Shown here: positions 1-15,000 of the stretch, one piece after another
Layout: each line of letters opens with the position of its first letter
Numbering within the stretch: position 1 is the first letter of the stretch
NCBI GenBank assembly: GCA_002633005.1
Contig: NMRA01000287.1
Location: 256,457 to 320,456, forward strand
Direction: 5' to 3'
Source: Phoronis australis
Taxonomy: Eukaryota; Animalia; Phoronida
DNA length: 64,000 bases
Notes under the pieces: generated by a model
Told to the model about the DNA's origin: nothing
Database searches by the model: none
The model's input: the letters and a program-made list of their open reading frames with translations, nothing else
Made by a program: the position numbers and the translations under genes

Positions 1-319
1 AAATCTTCGTCTTCTGTTTCTATATGTTTATGGAAATATGTTTATCAAAGCCTTCATTTCAAACCGTTTGCAATTAGGTTTTAATAACTATTAATTAAAA
101 AAAAACAACACTTCATATTTGATGACTATATTGTTAGTGTATTAGATACTAATTGGCCAATCGTATTTATTTAGAAAAAAACAATGTTCAATTCAAATAG
201 GATTGCTTATTTTCATCCCATCGCAATTGTCATGGTTTGCAAACAATAGGTTATTAATGTTTCAACACTGCATGATATGATGGTGGATATTCAACAGTTT
301 GAAAGCCATACGTCATAAC

Positions 320-1740
320 ACGGGCGTAACTTATGGGGGTGTCGGGGGTGTGATACTCCCCAATAATTTTCGATTTAGTAGGGCAAAAGCAGGAAAAGCA
401 GGGCAACGACAGAAAAATTGGCCTAACAGTTTCATTCAAATATTAAAGGCTTTCAAGGTAGGATTTTATTCAAAACCTTGTACCATGAGGACTTTCGTCG
501 ATTTGTGGCTGTCACTGGGTTTTATCTTTCTTTTTATTCGCAAGAAATGAAAAACCGACGGAAAACAAGATTTAATTTTCACTTTTGACGCGGTCACGCT
601 GAAATACGATTTTTTTGATTTGATTTGTGATCTAGAAAAAGGCAAAAATTAGGACAACGGAGCTACAGAAGGAAGATCTTAATATCCCGGATACATTGAG
701 ACTAATCAACATAACTGTTTCATCGATCGAGACAATCAGGTATTCCACAATGGAACGGAATGTTCAGATCGATGCAGGGAACCGATTTGCAAGACCTTTT
801 TTAAAGTACCGAGAAAGAGTTTGCAAACAAATGGGCGAAGCGTGTACAAAAAAGGTTAGACCAGTGCGCTAAATTCAACAGCTCTGGGTTTAAACGAAAC
901 ATACCGAAGATGGGTGATTGAGGTTCCGTATCCTCGATACGCAGGCCAGCGAGTACATAAGACGTTGTCTTTCCCATATTGAACCTCTAGCTGAATTATT
1001 TCAACAACCTCTTGCAATCCCTACAGAAGAGGAATTCTCGGCAATTTACGAGCTCTTCCCGACATCGGTTAGTATCGACAAAGCAAACATGGAAGCTGAG
1101 TGTGATATCTTCATCAAGCTGTGTGCGTCCTTGAAGCCACCTCTTGACACGGTTAACGGCGTGTGTAACTTTGATTTCAAGAATAAAGGGGTCTTCCCGT
1201 GCATTCGCCAAGCTGAAAGGCTGCTTTACACCGCCCGTTAGTGTGGCAAAAGACGAGAGAACTTAAGCAAAATAAAAAGTGTCAAAAATTGCTTCTGTTC
1301 AACTATGAATGGCGACAGACTGGGGGACCTGATTGTCCTGGCAAGTGAAAGATATTTGACAGATAGCATAAACGCTGAAGCCACAATCGACGTCTGTAGT
1401 AACTAAAAGATCAGGAAGTTAAAGGCAAAGATCGCTAGTTGGTAACGTGTCAATGACTTCTCAAAGTCTACAGGTCTTTGAAAACTTTGTTTGACTGTAC
1501 GTTTTCTCACAATAAATGTTTTCATCCTGGAAATGTTTATGATTAAGCTGACTGTCTGACAAGATGGCTTCGTTGAATTACCTCCAACTGAAGCATAGAC
1601 TAGCAATTACTGTAAAAAAGCCATTGTTGTTATTCGTTGACTAATTTTTATAATATAACTGTGTCCTCTATCTTGGCTTTCAGAGAATTTATAGGTGCAG
1701 ATGTACCAAAATGTAGGGCAAAAGTACCAGTTTCACTCCT
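320..1740 (+). mobile_element. Degenerate hAT DNA transposon fragment
   Basis: Frameshifted hAT C-terminal dimerization motif at ~1190-1370: VFPCI...PVSVAKDERT/SKIKSVKNCFCSTMNGDRLGDLIVLASE. Boundaries approximate. Confidence 0.7.
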
Positions 1741-1869
1741 GCACAAACATGAGATTTTGTTTGGATTGAAATTCCTTTTAATTAATTATGTAACTTCATA
1801 AAATGAAACAGAATGTACTGTAAGGCGAGACTGAAGTCGGTGGTGAATTGGAAGAGATATTAGTGATCA

Positions 1870-2025
1870 CAATAAAGTGGTGTTGGTGACGAGACGGGAA
1901 GTGATATTAATGGCGACACGGGAGCGACATCGGTGACGACCCGGGGTGACATTGGTGACGACCCGGGGTGACATTGTTGACCATCCGGGAATGATATTAG
2001 TGACGAGCGAGTGTGATATCAGTGA
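1870..2025. repeat. Degenerate ~22-bp tandem repeat
   Basis: ggtgacattggtgacgacccgg-like units, about 6 copies. Confidence 0.65.
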
Positions 2026-2985
2026 CAAGCGTGCAGTAGAGTTGATGCACTGTGGTCATTCATTAGTTTTCCCTTTTCCGAGGGAAGTATCTGTTTGCAT
2101 AATGCACCGATCGAAGAGCACTACATTTCAGTCGTATTGTGAATCATAGTAAAGATTTCCATCATGTTATTGACACCGTTGTTTTTTGTTACCAATGCAC
2201 CTTTCTTCGTTGCTCAAGTTTACTAAAAAAGACATGATCACGTGACCCAATTAATAACAGATTGGTAACAGTAAATATCAAGTTCCACAGACTTTGTATC
2301 TATATAAAACAATACTTTCATGAAATTGAACTCTATAGTTTTCTAAATATTTTGCTAAATGCGCATACTAGTCGATAACGTTCTACATGTGGATAACCTT
2401 AAAATGACATAACCGACCGTCAAGAATTTCCGAAAATAGGCCCATGGGCGGATATTCGGAATGACCTTTCAAAAACGCCTCATTGCGGTAATAATGAGAG
2501 GCGGAAATTGTGAGCGGCCCGGAAAAATTGATATCACAACACAGTTCCTACAATTTTATAGCTCAAGGAACCCGAGAAACCTATATCAGCCACTGATTTT
2601 GACAAAAGTTACCCTGATGCAGAAGTCCTGTCGAGATTTAAAAAAATTCGGTTATTGTATTTAAATCGGCATTAATTTCGATCTTTCTATCAAAAAGCAA
2701 GTGTTGGTCACTTACCATCGTAAACTGTTCCTTAGTTAAAATAGGTGTGATTTTTGGGCTTTTCAAATTTCCACTACGTGATCTGAAATTTGACGAGTTG
2801 GTTTGAAATGATGAAGAACTGTCAGTCTCTGCTTCGAGATTACTACTGAATGATTGTCACTGGAAAACCAATGTCAATATCGATAAGTGACAGGAATCAA
2901 AACTGAAAAAGCACGGGTTCAAGGCCACTTAAATATTTCATCTCATGTGTCATAGCGCTTACTCTCTTCCTATCGTTTCTTGAAG

Positions 2986-3088
2986 GAGAACTCTGTCAAA
3001 CTTTGTGGAAAGAACAGACAATGCATGCCTGACCTCTACTGTCGCGCGGAATGCCTGGAAAAGGAACCCTGCAACTGTCAACAGTCAG
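2986..3088 (+). CDS. Cys-rich (EGF-like?) exon, most 5' exon detected of the + strand gene
   Basis: tttcttgaag|GAG...CAG|gtatgg; encodes ENSVKLCGKNRQCMPDLYCRAECLEKEPCNCQQS (6 Cys); phase-1 end matches exon 4216. Confidence 0.65.
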
Positions 3089-6000
3089 GTATGGTGTCAA
3101 ATGCCATCTCTTGTGTTCTCTTGTACCCCAAGTGTATAGTCTTAACCTAAAATCTGGAAATCTTTGTTGCTCGTACGATTTTTGTTCCCGAAGACGATTT
3201 TTTGTCGCAAGTGGTCTGTTTTGCATCCATATCAGGGACCCATCTTTGAAATTTGTTGAAAACCATCTGGCTAAACATGCCCGCACCCAGCCCTCAACAT
3301 AGGGGGCTCGAATTCCTAGCGTTGTGGACCTTTTGGTAACAAAATAGCCCTAAAAAAGAAAACAGGGGCACCACTGTGAATTGCGCGTTTGTGCTTGTTT
3401 AGTGGACTTTTGTCTCATTTTCTCGGACTTTTTGTTTCTCGCACGCGGACCTTTTTGCCCACTTCGCCAAATGGGGNNNNNNNGGGGGGGCTCGTTCGAG
3501 CGCATGCGAAATACATGTAGGTTAATTGTAAGCCCTTCGCCTGCCATCTTGTGTCAGGTAATATACTTGAATGGAACTAGTCTAGCTGAATTGATTCGGT
3601 ATGTTCTTTTAAAATATGTTTATCTCATAAATCATGCTCCCCTGCTGTGTTTTACATTTTTATCCACTATTTATCATAAACAATATTGACGCCAAATTAG
3701 GAAACTTATGCGCTGGGTGGGACCGGTATAGCAGGAGAGTTAGTTGAGAATAGTGTGGGTCATCAGTATGGGCTGCAGTCCTGATTTCCCAAATGTCAAT
3801 ACCAATTGAGCGTATTAGTTGAAGCTTACCCAACTGTTACAGGCTAAAATATGCTTCTTCAACGGAACCGTCATGGTCATAACAAAGGTTTCTCACAAGG
3901 ATTTGATAATCTCATTTTTCGAGTTCAGCAATGCACAACTAAAGGACTTCAGCAGTCCATACTAGGCCCCTACTCTTTGAAGACCGCAAAGACGGATGTT
4001 TGGTGTGATTTGTGATGAAAACTGTTGTACCACCTGGTTATGGCACCAAGTGTTTGGCACGGATACTGCTGAACTTAATGCCTTGAATTTTTCAGTCGTA
4101 AAACAATTTTCATGAAAACACCCCATAAGTCACGTGCCACTAACCGGTAATGAAAGCACTGACGACGGTAACAACAAAATTTTGTCGTGGTTAATCGCAC
4201 GCATTTTTATTACAGTGTTTAACACGCATTCACCAGTTTTGCATCAAAGCATCAGCACGAAATATGACGTCAAAGGATTGGAGCACGTGACCATAAGAGG
4301 CGACCACTACTTAATTGTTGCCAACTCGTGAGTAAAAATGCGTTCACTTTAATGCCTTGCTTCAGCCAGACATTATCAAGCAAGTCTACAGTACTTCAGA
4401 TTCTCACTGGCTCATAACAATCATTATGCCGTCATAGAATACCCGAGTTCTGTTACGATAAGCACTTGCTGGAAAAGCCAGACTCCTCCGCGAGCTGGAT
4501 TACCCGAGATAATCCGTGTATCTTCAATGTGAGCGCGTGAATTTAGCTAGATTTTCTCGCCGCGCAACAGCTATTGAACTCTAGCATGGAATGTCCCAAA
4601 ATAAACTTCTAACTCAACAACTTCTATGAAAGGAAATAAAAGTAAGTGAGGTGGGAAGCGAAAAAAATTGAAATACAAATACTTTGATTTAGTTACTGCG
4701 AGAAACCTGTATTCTAAGCGATGGGAAGCTTTTGTAGTATAATCTTTATTATTTAAATAAGCTAAGATCCTGGGTCACTCCCTCCTCCTTGGTGCCAGAA
4801 ACTCGTGTCATCATGGTTGGAGCACATTATTCCGGGAACAACGTTCATCGAAACCTCAGTAGCAACTCAATTGTACAAACTTCCAAGCTTTCAGGTTACC
4901 ACATCCAAATATTCAAGTACCTAGTACAAATACTGAAACCATTAATCGTGGCTTTAGGACGAATTTGCAGAGATGTCAATGCACCAAGAAGATGACATGG
5001 GTGGAAGGTGGTGATTTAAACGAGATCTCGAGCGATGTGTGTTTGGAATTAGTGGATATTTCGAGTGAAATAAAATGACACAAACATGTTCTAACTCATT
5101 TTAAGCCATTCCAATAAAAGTGGTCTCGGTCGATACGCGGAATAATGTCTCGTGGGATATTACTTCATGCACGCCACTCTCGGTACGTTTTGTGTATTTA
5201 CAAGCAAGATTCCTTTCGTGTGTTACAAATGTCCCTAATACAAAGTAAACTTGGGAAATATATTTTCTTCTCAATTAACAGAAATGGTACACTTATTCAA
5301 ATATCGTTTTTAAGTCACTTCCAAAATAGTTATGTGCCCAATACATGCTCATGAGTAACATGTTCACTTAGCTTGGCATGTGGTTTTAAAGTTAACGTGG
5401 CATAGCTTAGCAGTTAACGCTATCAGTTGGGTTATCGAAGTGGATCTGGCAGTTCAGGAACAAGACCTTTGAATTTCGTGTATGCTGCCAATTGCTCGAG
5501 ACAATTTGAATTGCTTGAGGTTCAATGAGGGATTAATAGGGTTAACAATCAAATATGGGGATTACATTATTAAGCATTCAAAGTTTGATGACAACTCTTA
5601 AAATCAAAGTAAGCGCGAATGTTACTGGGAAACGGAAAAGAAACGCAAAACCGCAAGTGTGGCAATCCTGGAAGTGTTCAACTCAGCTCCCCTCTTTTTC
5701 TCACATACACACAAGAAAATATTCCTGGGCTTTTCCACGTCGCTTGCACCGACAACGTTCATGTTGTCCAGCAACTTAACAGCTGATGCTAGAAGCCGGT
5801 AATTTAGAGTAAAATCAAATGAAAACACAACGTATTCTGGTGCTTTATAGCTCTGACAGTAGATATTAACCTCATGAAGTCAATCTTGACCTGATTCTAA
5901 CCCCAAAATGCTTGTGTTACTTGACGGCCCTGTAACCGATTGTGTCCTTTTTAATGCCCGGAGCTACTCATTCTGTCAAGAAGTACTTTAAGGATTCGTG

Positions 6001-9000
6001 TAGCAAGACTACGTCCTCGTCATGTGTTTTAATAACCGTACATGTATATACATTGTAGACATCATGGCCATGTCATAGGTTTACGATTCAGTTTCCAAGT
6101 AACCAGGACAAGTTTTTCATTCCTAGACGGCGTTGCACTGACGAATCTCTGGAATCGAATGGTTTGCTGACATGCAGTGAGTGGAAAGGAGGCAAAACAG
6201 ATGTGTACCGCTACGACCAATCAAAGCAAGACTACCTTCTGAGCCAGGAGTTGGACACTGGCGATGCAAGGTGATATGATTTCTGAGAGTTTTGAAATAA
6301 AAATTTCCTTGCAATTCAGTATCTAAAACGCAAATTAAGAATTGTATGAATCAGTCACACATACTGTGTTAAAGTTTTCCATACTGTGACAGACATTATC
6401 ATTCCCAAACAGTCAAACCTTAAAATGTATTGACGGGTTAGCCATAACTTGTTACAATGCCTGTTCGTTCTCCGCAACATAAGAGAGTTGAATTCGAGAT
6501 ATGGCTATTACAGATCTATAGAAACGTTTGTGAGCAACGACGACCACTTTGTACTTGTGACAACAGACCAAACCTATGACGCAGTATCGGGATTTATATG
6601 GAGCGATTGTGGTCAAACCTGGCTTTATAAATATGACAAACAAACAGGTGATGTAAATATCAAACATTCAGTTAACTAATATAAATCACATTCAGATAGT
6701 ATGAGTACAATTTTCAATCAGTAACCTAAATCTAGTATCAGATTGCAACAGCTTCAGGAGAATTGTAAAATATTCGCAGAAAGAGACAATAAAGGAGACA
6801 AAGGAGTCAATGACTGCTTGCGCTTCCCGTGGTGTTTAAGGACAGGTTGTTGAAGCAAAACAACCAATAAATAAACGTTTGCAGACACAAGAAAACATTT
6901 CATCCTTTACACCTTTTCAATGTCCTAGTATTCACCTTTACACAGTGCATTGCCTTGCTGAAAGAAACATGACGTTATGTTTCAGCACAATTCGCAAAAA
7001 ATGACTTTTTACAGCTTGTTTTTATTGGGCTACTAGGTATATTCAACCTGCATCAAAACATCACTGCCTCAGGTATCCAATCAAGTTGCTTGCACATTAG
7101 TAGTCAAGGTGACCTCCTTTTGGGCCTGTCTCAACGCATCAATGGCAGCTCGCAGTTTCATACCAGCACAGTTATTTACACTTGGTGTCCCGTACGACAG
7201 AAGTTCGCTCGTTCGGGTCTCGTTGAGGTAACAAAATCACACTGGCACGTTTTAAAGGCACAGTGTTTTCGATAGTAGAGTACGTCGGTATATAATTAAA
7301 ATGTATTATTCAGTCTGTTTAGCAAAATGATGAACATTCTCGTATATCTGTAGGTGACTTTATTTCAGAGTAACCCTAGACAATGTCAGATTTTAGCTAA
7401 GCTTGGGATGTCACATCTCGGAAATTGATGATTGGAATTGAATGAAAATCTCATCTACAATGATTTATGAGGTTTCTCCAATGCGTAACTACGATTTGTT
7501 TTGTTTTTGTATAAGGTTACAATATTTACGAGTTCAATGAGAAACTCAGGTCGAATAACACGAAAACGATAATTAATAAATTTGTTGCAATGTTTGAACT
7601 TCTTTGTCTTCAAAAGTTTTATCACAATAACTTTGGTTATACTCCCGACATCTTTGTTTCGATATGAATTACTTTACCTTTAATAAATTTCTGTAAATCC
7701 ACATAGTCGCGTGATCCAATCAAAGGTAGATTACTACAAAGACAATCCATATATTTAACTTAGTTTCTGGAAATATGGTTGCATTATTGCTGAATCAAAT
7801 TCTACAATTTTGCAGACATTTGGTAAATGCACAGATTTTTGGATAATGTCACTCATAACCTTAAAGCAAATATCCGTTTTAGTCACGTGTCACTTGAGGC
7901 ACTTCTAGACTCCAGCAAAATTTTAGAATTTGGTAATTGCTTATTGTTTTCTGTGTATATATCCTAGGTGCCGTATTCACACGGATGTGTGATGTTCGAT
8001 GAAGACGGGGTCACTTACGGTTACTTTGCGTCCAACGCTCCAGATGGAATTGACTATAGCGTTCCTCAAGTGTTACGAAAAAGGAATGTGGATTACAAGG
8101 CTGTGGCAAACGGTGAACGCACAATGAGTATCTTTAAAGTTGTCACGTTTATGGTTCGTTAGAATGTTCAGTGGGTGTAATCGTACAATAAAACAACTAC
8201 TGACAAGTAGTACACTGAGTCAGTAATTTGCTTTTCGGAACCCAAAATTATAACATTTTCGATGTCTGAAATTAAACCAGCATATTGACTTCAGTGAAAG
8301 TTAAGAATTCATATAGTATCATCTATCAAACACAGTGAGCAGTCTTGTTTTAGATCTTCAGTCTCAGCATATATATGACCCCCTGGGATTAGAAAGCGCG
8401 TTCATCGCCAACAGCGCAGTGACCGCCAGCAGCTATCACCCATCATGTCCACCTTATCATGCACGACTGAATTTGAAGTACGGAACCTGTCACGCTTGGG
8501 CTTCCGCCTCTTCCTCCATCATAGACGAAGAATGGCTACAAGTGGATCTCAGCTACGAGCACCACGTGACCAAGGTGGCCAGTCAGGTACAACACCGTGT
8601 GTTAGTGGTTGAATTCATTCAAACGTAACCAATGTAGTTCAACGTTGTTGATTGCGTTACAACAGACATGCAGATACGTGCAGATCAAGTTCGTCGATAC
8701 ATTTATTGCAAGAAGGCGCATTCAGCAAATCCTGTTGAGCCATTAGTTGTCGGCTGTGCTTACATCTTTCCTGTTCAAAAATTAAATACTACATATAATA
8801 AGAAATTAATATGAGCTAACTCGGTGTCTCACTAACATCTGCGGTTCTAACTTTATGGCACAAGTGTCAAAGTGGTTTCTTGAAGTGTGCGCTAGATAAA
8901 AATATCTGATGACAAAATGCAAAGACAGCCAAAACAATACATAATAACTCAATAGTAAATGTAACTGAGTACGAGATACACCGTAGTAAAAGGTCTATGA

Positions 9001-12000
9001 AGACGTAAAAAGTTATGAGTGAACAACTTAATATTATTACGGGAAACAAAGTTCTAAATTAGCCAAAGTCCGATATTCCATGATGCAATTAGGGATGCAA
9101 TTTTTTTCTCCCAGGTCTTGTAATCACGTCTTCCGGTTTATGTTCTCTCTTCCGTCTGGGAATCACGTTGTTTCCAGCTGCTGAGATGAATGTTGACTCC
9201 TGGGTTGTGTCTGTTGTCACGTTGTTCTATTGGATGTGATTTGGTACATGTAAGCGGAAGATGACGTCTGTTACAACGATAAACATCATTGCTAGACTGC
9301 ACGCAATACCATTGCGATTCGTCGGCTTTTTGCAGAACGCGACCACTGCAGTCGTCAGGATTGTAACAGAGTCACCAGGTTTTAGCTCAAATAGTGATTT
9401 CGTACCTTTGTCATGCATTAGTTTACCCTGTTGCCTGAGAAACTTGTTATGGATCATGTACTTTTTGCCCGAGATGGTCTGAAGCGAATGCGTCTTGACA
9501 TGAGCCTTTGAGCAGGTGATCCCAGCACAGTGTCTCTTGGAGTGTTTCGGATGTTCGTGAGGTTCAGGTGAAAATCAGATCTATCGCAGGATGATGTTTC
9601 TGGTAAGTATATTTTGCAGACTGTGCAAGTCCGTTGCTGCTATGGAAATGCGGAGAGCTGGTCATGTGATGAAGTTTACATTCTGTATTGAAGAACGTAA
9701 GCTCTTGCAACAGATGTTGACAGCCACTCTGTTACTAACATCTTAGGTACACCAAATCTTGCGAAGTGTTGCTTCAGATTCAATTTGAGACTCTTAGAAG
9801 AGACCTCGTTTAGACTTTCAATCTCATACCAACCAGAGTAGTAGTCAACGGTGACAATGTATTGTTTACTGTACCATTCGAATATGTCGGTTGCAACTAT
9901 AGACCAAGGAGACTTTGGAACTGGAATACATCTTGAAATGCTCATTTTGCTGGTGTTTCGCTGTACTGTTGCGTCTCACATTTACCAACATAATCGGCGA
10001 TCTGTTGAGTCATCTTTGGTCAACACGTTATGTCCTTGGCTCTGCTAATGGATGATTCAATTTCTGCATGCCCAGGTACCTTGGTGATGTATTCTGGTCT
10101 GAGATCAACACAATTTATTTTCAGAATGAAACAGTCAAGCTCAACTAGTTCATTTCTTGTGGCATACATTTCTTGAAGCTGATTCTTAAGGTGTTTCCGT
10201 GTTGGCCAAGTCTTAAGCTGAATTTCTTGATTTACTGACATGCGAGGTCAGCTGCTGTGTGCAGGATCCGATACTGCGCAGAGGACATATGATAGAGAGC
10301 CTGAGCTTCAAAGTCCTCTTCTATTTAGTTGTTATTTGTTGTTGCCGCTTGATAAGGACGAGACAAAGTGTCAGCTACATGAAGTTCACGACCCTTCTTG
10401 TGTAAGAGGTAGTCAAAGTTTTGAATTTTCATCTGGAGACGTTGTAGGTGTCGAGATGTAGAAACAAGCAGTTTTTGTATTATCGTGACCAATGGCTGAT
10501 GGTCTCTTTCAATAGTGATGCATTTCCTATACACATATGCTTGAACTTCTCGGACGCAAAACAACGGCTAGTAACTCTTATTCAGTTTGTGCCTACCGGG
10601 TCTCGGCATCGGTCATAGAATGAAATGCAAATGCGACTGGCTTACCCTCCCGCAGACATGCTGCCTCAGTGCCGGATCGTGAAGCATCACAAGTCAGTGT
10701 TACGTCTTTGTCTCCGTTGAAGTACGTCAATGTTGTAGTTTGGTTTACCGTTGCTTGAATTTTATCGAAGGATTGAGCCGGGCAGTGTCCCAGATCCAAG
10801 GGTAGTATTTCTTCAAAAGGTCATTTAACAGTGCACCTAGTTCATCGAGGTTAGGTATGGGCTTGCTGAAATATTTTACCAGATACCCATTATTCGAAGA
10901 ACGGCGGTCTTGTCTTGCGGTTACGGCATGTTCTGGATTGCTTCGTCTGGGACAGGATCGGGTTTGAGGACTATATCTGTGATTCCGTGACGCATGTAGA
11001 GAAGCTAGTCTGAAGTGACAGTTGCCTTTACCAAGTTTGATTCCTAAGCTAATTAATCTGTGAAAGACTATTCTGACGTTAGCATCGTGTTCTGACACCG
11101 TTCTTCCATGAATTAGAAAACCATCCATGATTGGGAATGCATGAATAACCAGTTAGTAGCTTTCGATCGTCTGTTGGTAAAACCTCTGATGCTGATGATA
11201 TACCCATGGCATGCGTAAGCACATGTATCTTCCATATGGAGTTCCAAATGTGGTGACGTTTGCTGATTCTTCATCCAATTGAATACTGTAGAATGCATCT
11301 CGTGAATCAGGGAAAGAGAATAACTTGGCTCGGCCACGCCATCTATGGACACATCGATTGTTCGCTGTGGATAGTGACAGCTTTACTGAGGTCAACTGGA
11401 TCTATGCATAGTGTGAGTATACCTGAGATTTCTTAAAGTCATCAATCGACGATATTCTGTTTGCAGGTTCTCTGACGGGCGCAAAGATACGCACATCTCA
11501 TCAAGTCTCTCCTTCAGTTGTTCTTTAGGTGCTGGTGCAATTCGCCTTATTGGACTCACCACAGATTCTACCTTTGGATTGGTGATGAGTTTGTAGTTTT
11601 CCTACTTCATCGTCGAATAGGCTGGGAAATTGTTGGAGTATTGCCCTTCAAAATTGTTCAGGTGACGTTTTTTGTGTCGTGCTCATTGTGTTTATTGGTT
11701 AAAACTAACTGCACATTGAGACAATCATATATCCCAAAGAGTGTGTCTCTTGAGTTGTGGTCGATTACCTGGATCGTGATGGGTTCCGCGATGCTTGTGG
11801 GCTGAAGACGTTGCAGAGTAGTTGTGCATAGGAAGGTCATAGTTTGGACTGAGAAGCCCTTCAGTACTGCCATGTCAGATCGCTTGGACCTCGCATCAGA
11901 AATGGTTCTCATTGCTGTAAACGACATGACGTTACATTTCACCCGGGTGTCTGACGCTGAGGCCAGAGCCACTGAGAAGGAGTGGAATGCTCGAATTTCT

Positions 12001-15000
12001 GCCAGGTGCAGTCAAGCGCTCCTCGGAGCTGTGAAGATGTAATGTTCCTGATGTTCTATTCTGCCAATGAAAAAATATTACATTTATCGGCTTCATCTGT
12101 ATAGTGGGACACTTTATGGATCTTTTTCGGTCGGGATTTGTGCCATCCATGTTTTGTGACTAAGGGTTTCTTTGTTGGTTGGCATTGGACGATGAGCGTG
12201 ATAGATGGGTGCTACTACCACTGCAGCAAACGTGGGGAAAGTGGTTCCACTTGCTACAGCGACAACACAGATTACCATTTTCTTGGCATGCGCTTTTTTA
12301 TCTAGGTCGATCCCCACCACAAGTCATGAACTTGCTTGGCTTTGATCTTCGTTTGTGTTTTTGTGTCATGTGCACTTCAGTTGTTGGCTGCTTTATAGTT
12401 TTGGCATCATTCTTAGAAAGAATACTTTTGTACTTGGCATATGTTAATGACCGCTTGGAGGGCGAGATCAGGTTCCCGAAGCATTTGCACCGTAGAGTTA
12501 TGATTAGCCACCCCGATAACTACTCTGTCTTGGATCATTTGATCTTTCAAAAAGTCGCCAAATTCTCAATTATCAGGATGGATACGCAGGTCTACCACAA
12601 CATTTCCAAAGGTTTCTGACAGCTGTCGAAATGTAAACGAGTTGTCTGAATTTAGATTTGGGTTTTTACGTGACTCACTAGTCACATCGAAATGTTCATT
12701 TGCGTTCTATAGCCTCTCAGCTAAGTTAAGCAAAATTTAAGTCTTTAGTTTATATATTTCTTGTCGTGAGTGGCGTTGAAGAAAGTATGAAAGTCTCGCT
12801 CAAAAACACGCTAGATTTCTGCGACATTGCCATCAAATGCATAGGCTGAACACGTGTAGAATTTTCAAATTGTTGACTTAGAACCAGTTCTTAACAAATC
12901 TTTGGTCCAACCCCCTTTTGAAAAATCCTGGATCCGCCCCTAAAATGCTAGTGGGTTAGATTTCCCAAGTCTATCTGCCATTACTTACAACAGCTCCGTG
13001 CAGATACGAGAACATCAATTTGATGAGTTAAAGATCAGACCATATTCGCCGATACATTTATTACAAGATGACGTATTTAACAATTCCCGCAGTGCCATCT
13101 ATTGTAGGCTACTTACAACCTTGTTTCTCGATGTGTGTGTTTTTGCGTTTTTTCATCCAGGGGCGGTCAGATGCAGCGCAATGGGTCATCAGTTATAAAC
13201 TCAAGTTCTCAACAGATGGCGAAAGTTTCCTTTGTATCGGTGGCTCCACGTGCAAGGTAATAACGTTGCAAAGCCCTTCTTTTGACAAAATGTGAAATTC
13301 ATGTGATTACTAATTTGGAAACGCACAAACTTCGTTGACATAAATGGCACCAGGCTTTTTAATTTTAGCTTTTGATTGGACATTGCACGCAACAGATATC
13401 TATGTGGACACTTCTCAGATTAAAGTAGAATGCCACCCAAAAACAATTTGTTTGTATCAATTTAGATCGAGTATTTCCACTCGATAACAGCAAGTACAGT
13501 TCTTTTACCTGACACCTGACGGCATGCAGACGGAGGCGTTTAAATTAACTAATGACGTCAGAGAGGTTCAAACGCAGCCTGTTCAGCAGATCACAATACG
13601 CTTACTGGTGTCTGCTTTTCGCTTGAATTCATTGTTTTACACCAATAAATGATCAAAATATGATATAAAACCCTTACAAATACATCGAGTTCTTGAAAAA
13701 AACGTGTTATTTCGCTGTTACGGGTGTTAGGAATGTAACGTGGCAAAGTTCGGTGGATCAATTTACTAAGGTAGGTCGCGGGAGTATGGGGTCTGTTCGG
13801 TGATAAATTCGGATTATCCTTCCATGAAATACAGACATGAGAACATAGCTTTGTGTTGTAATTTTAGACTTGCATTAGTTTTTTATTCTAAACACACAAA
13901 ACGCTTGTTATCTCAGCCAATGGCTCGGAACCCGGATCAGGCCCGTCGCGGACGGGGTGAAAGCAACAAACATAAACAAGCTAAAGTTAGAAACTAAACT
14001 TCCAGTCACGAAAAAACCATACTAGTGATCCAAAGAAATAATGTTCACGCATTTTGGTGAATTATCTGCGAAACCAGTGGCGTTTTTAAGGGGGAGTGGG
14101 ATGCATGGGGCAATGGCCCCCTTAAATTTTTCCCATATTTCATTTGGCACTTCTGGGTGCGAATTCTGACGAGCAAAATTCTGGCTTTTACTCTGCTCTG
14201 CCCCCTAACTTAAAATCCTGGATCCACCCCTGGAAACTGCAAATCTACTTACTAGATCGTTGGGGGCAGCGAAGTAAGGTTAACATTCCACAGTACCGTT
14301 AGAGCAAAACTTGTACAGTACAGTAACAATGTATATGAATATCTAAGTAAAGACTACCCTAATACTTGACCATAGGATACAAAATCGAGTTATTGTTTCC
14401 CAACAGCTCTTTGTCAGCAAAAACTGAATTAGCATGCGCTCACACGGCCTCGGTGCCCGGTGAATTTGTTTATTGCATCTGAAGCCGGTAGCGCAGTGAT
14501 TTATTCATTGTTCAAAACATTTGCATTCACGAACACTCCAAAGGCATTACAAACTGTATTTAATGAGACAGACTTTGTTTCAGTTTTATATAAGCATTGT
14601 CTAGGGTGAGAATAATTCAGTTTGAAACAGAACACACAATAATAAACGTCAACATGCCAACTCGCAATACCAACTTAGACGAGTGCTCATCCGACGAAGA
14701 CTTCACAGGTCGATCGTTAGGTTTCACAGGCTATCAGTTCGAACCGGAATACACTGATCCAGAAATACTAGAGAGGCGACGTGAACGTGCACAGACTACG
14801 GAACATATGGATAGTTTCGGAAACCGTTCGAATGACTTGTCATGGTATCAGTGCGCTAATTGCACGATAATGGAACGACTGACGCTTGCATTGGCTTCCA
14901 CGAAATTCCGCAATTTAAACGCCTTCTTGGAGACGCACAGATGTGTCTCACGGGCCATCCTGATTTTTGCACTACATCTGAACAGGAGTTTGCTTACGAC

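Noticed and set aside
2081-2135. Possible upstream exon of the + strand gene
   Set aside because: Weak acceptor (GAG) and donor (GTATTG); no recognisable motif or signal peptide.
2399-2932. TTAA-flanked Kolobok-like MITE
   Set aside because: Terminal inverted similarity is too degenerate to call.
4789-4995. Possible extra EAR exon (GYHIQIFKY)
   Set aside because: Exons 4327>6127 already join in phase, and no convincing splice pair was found.
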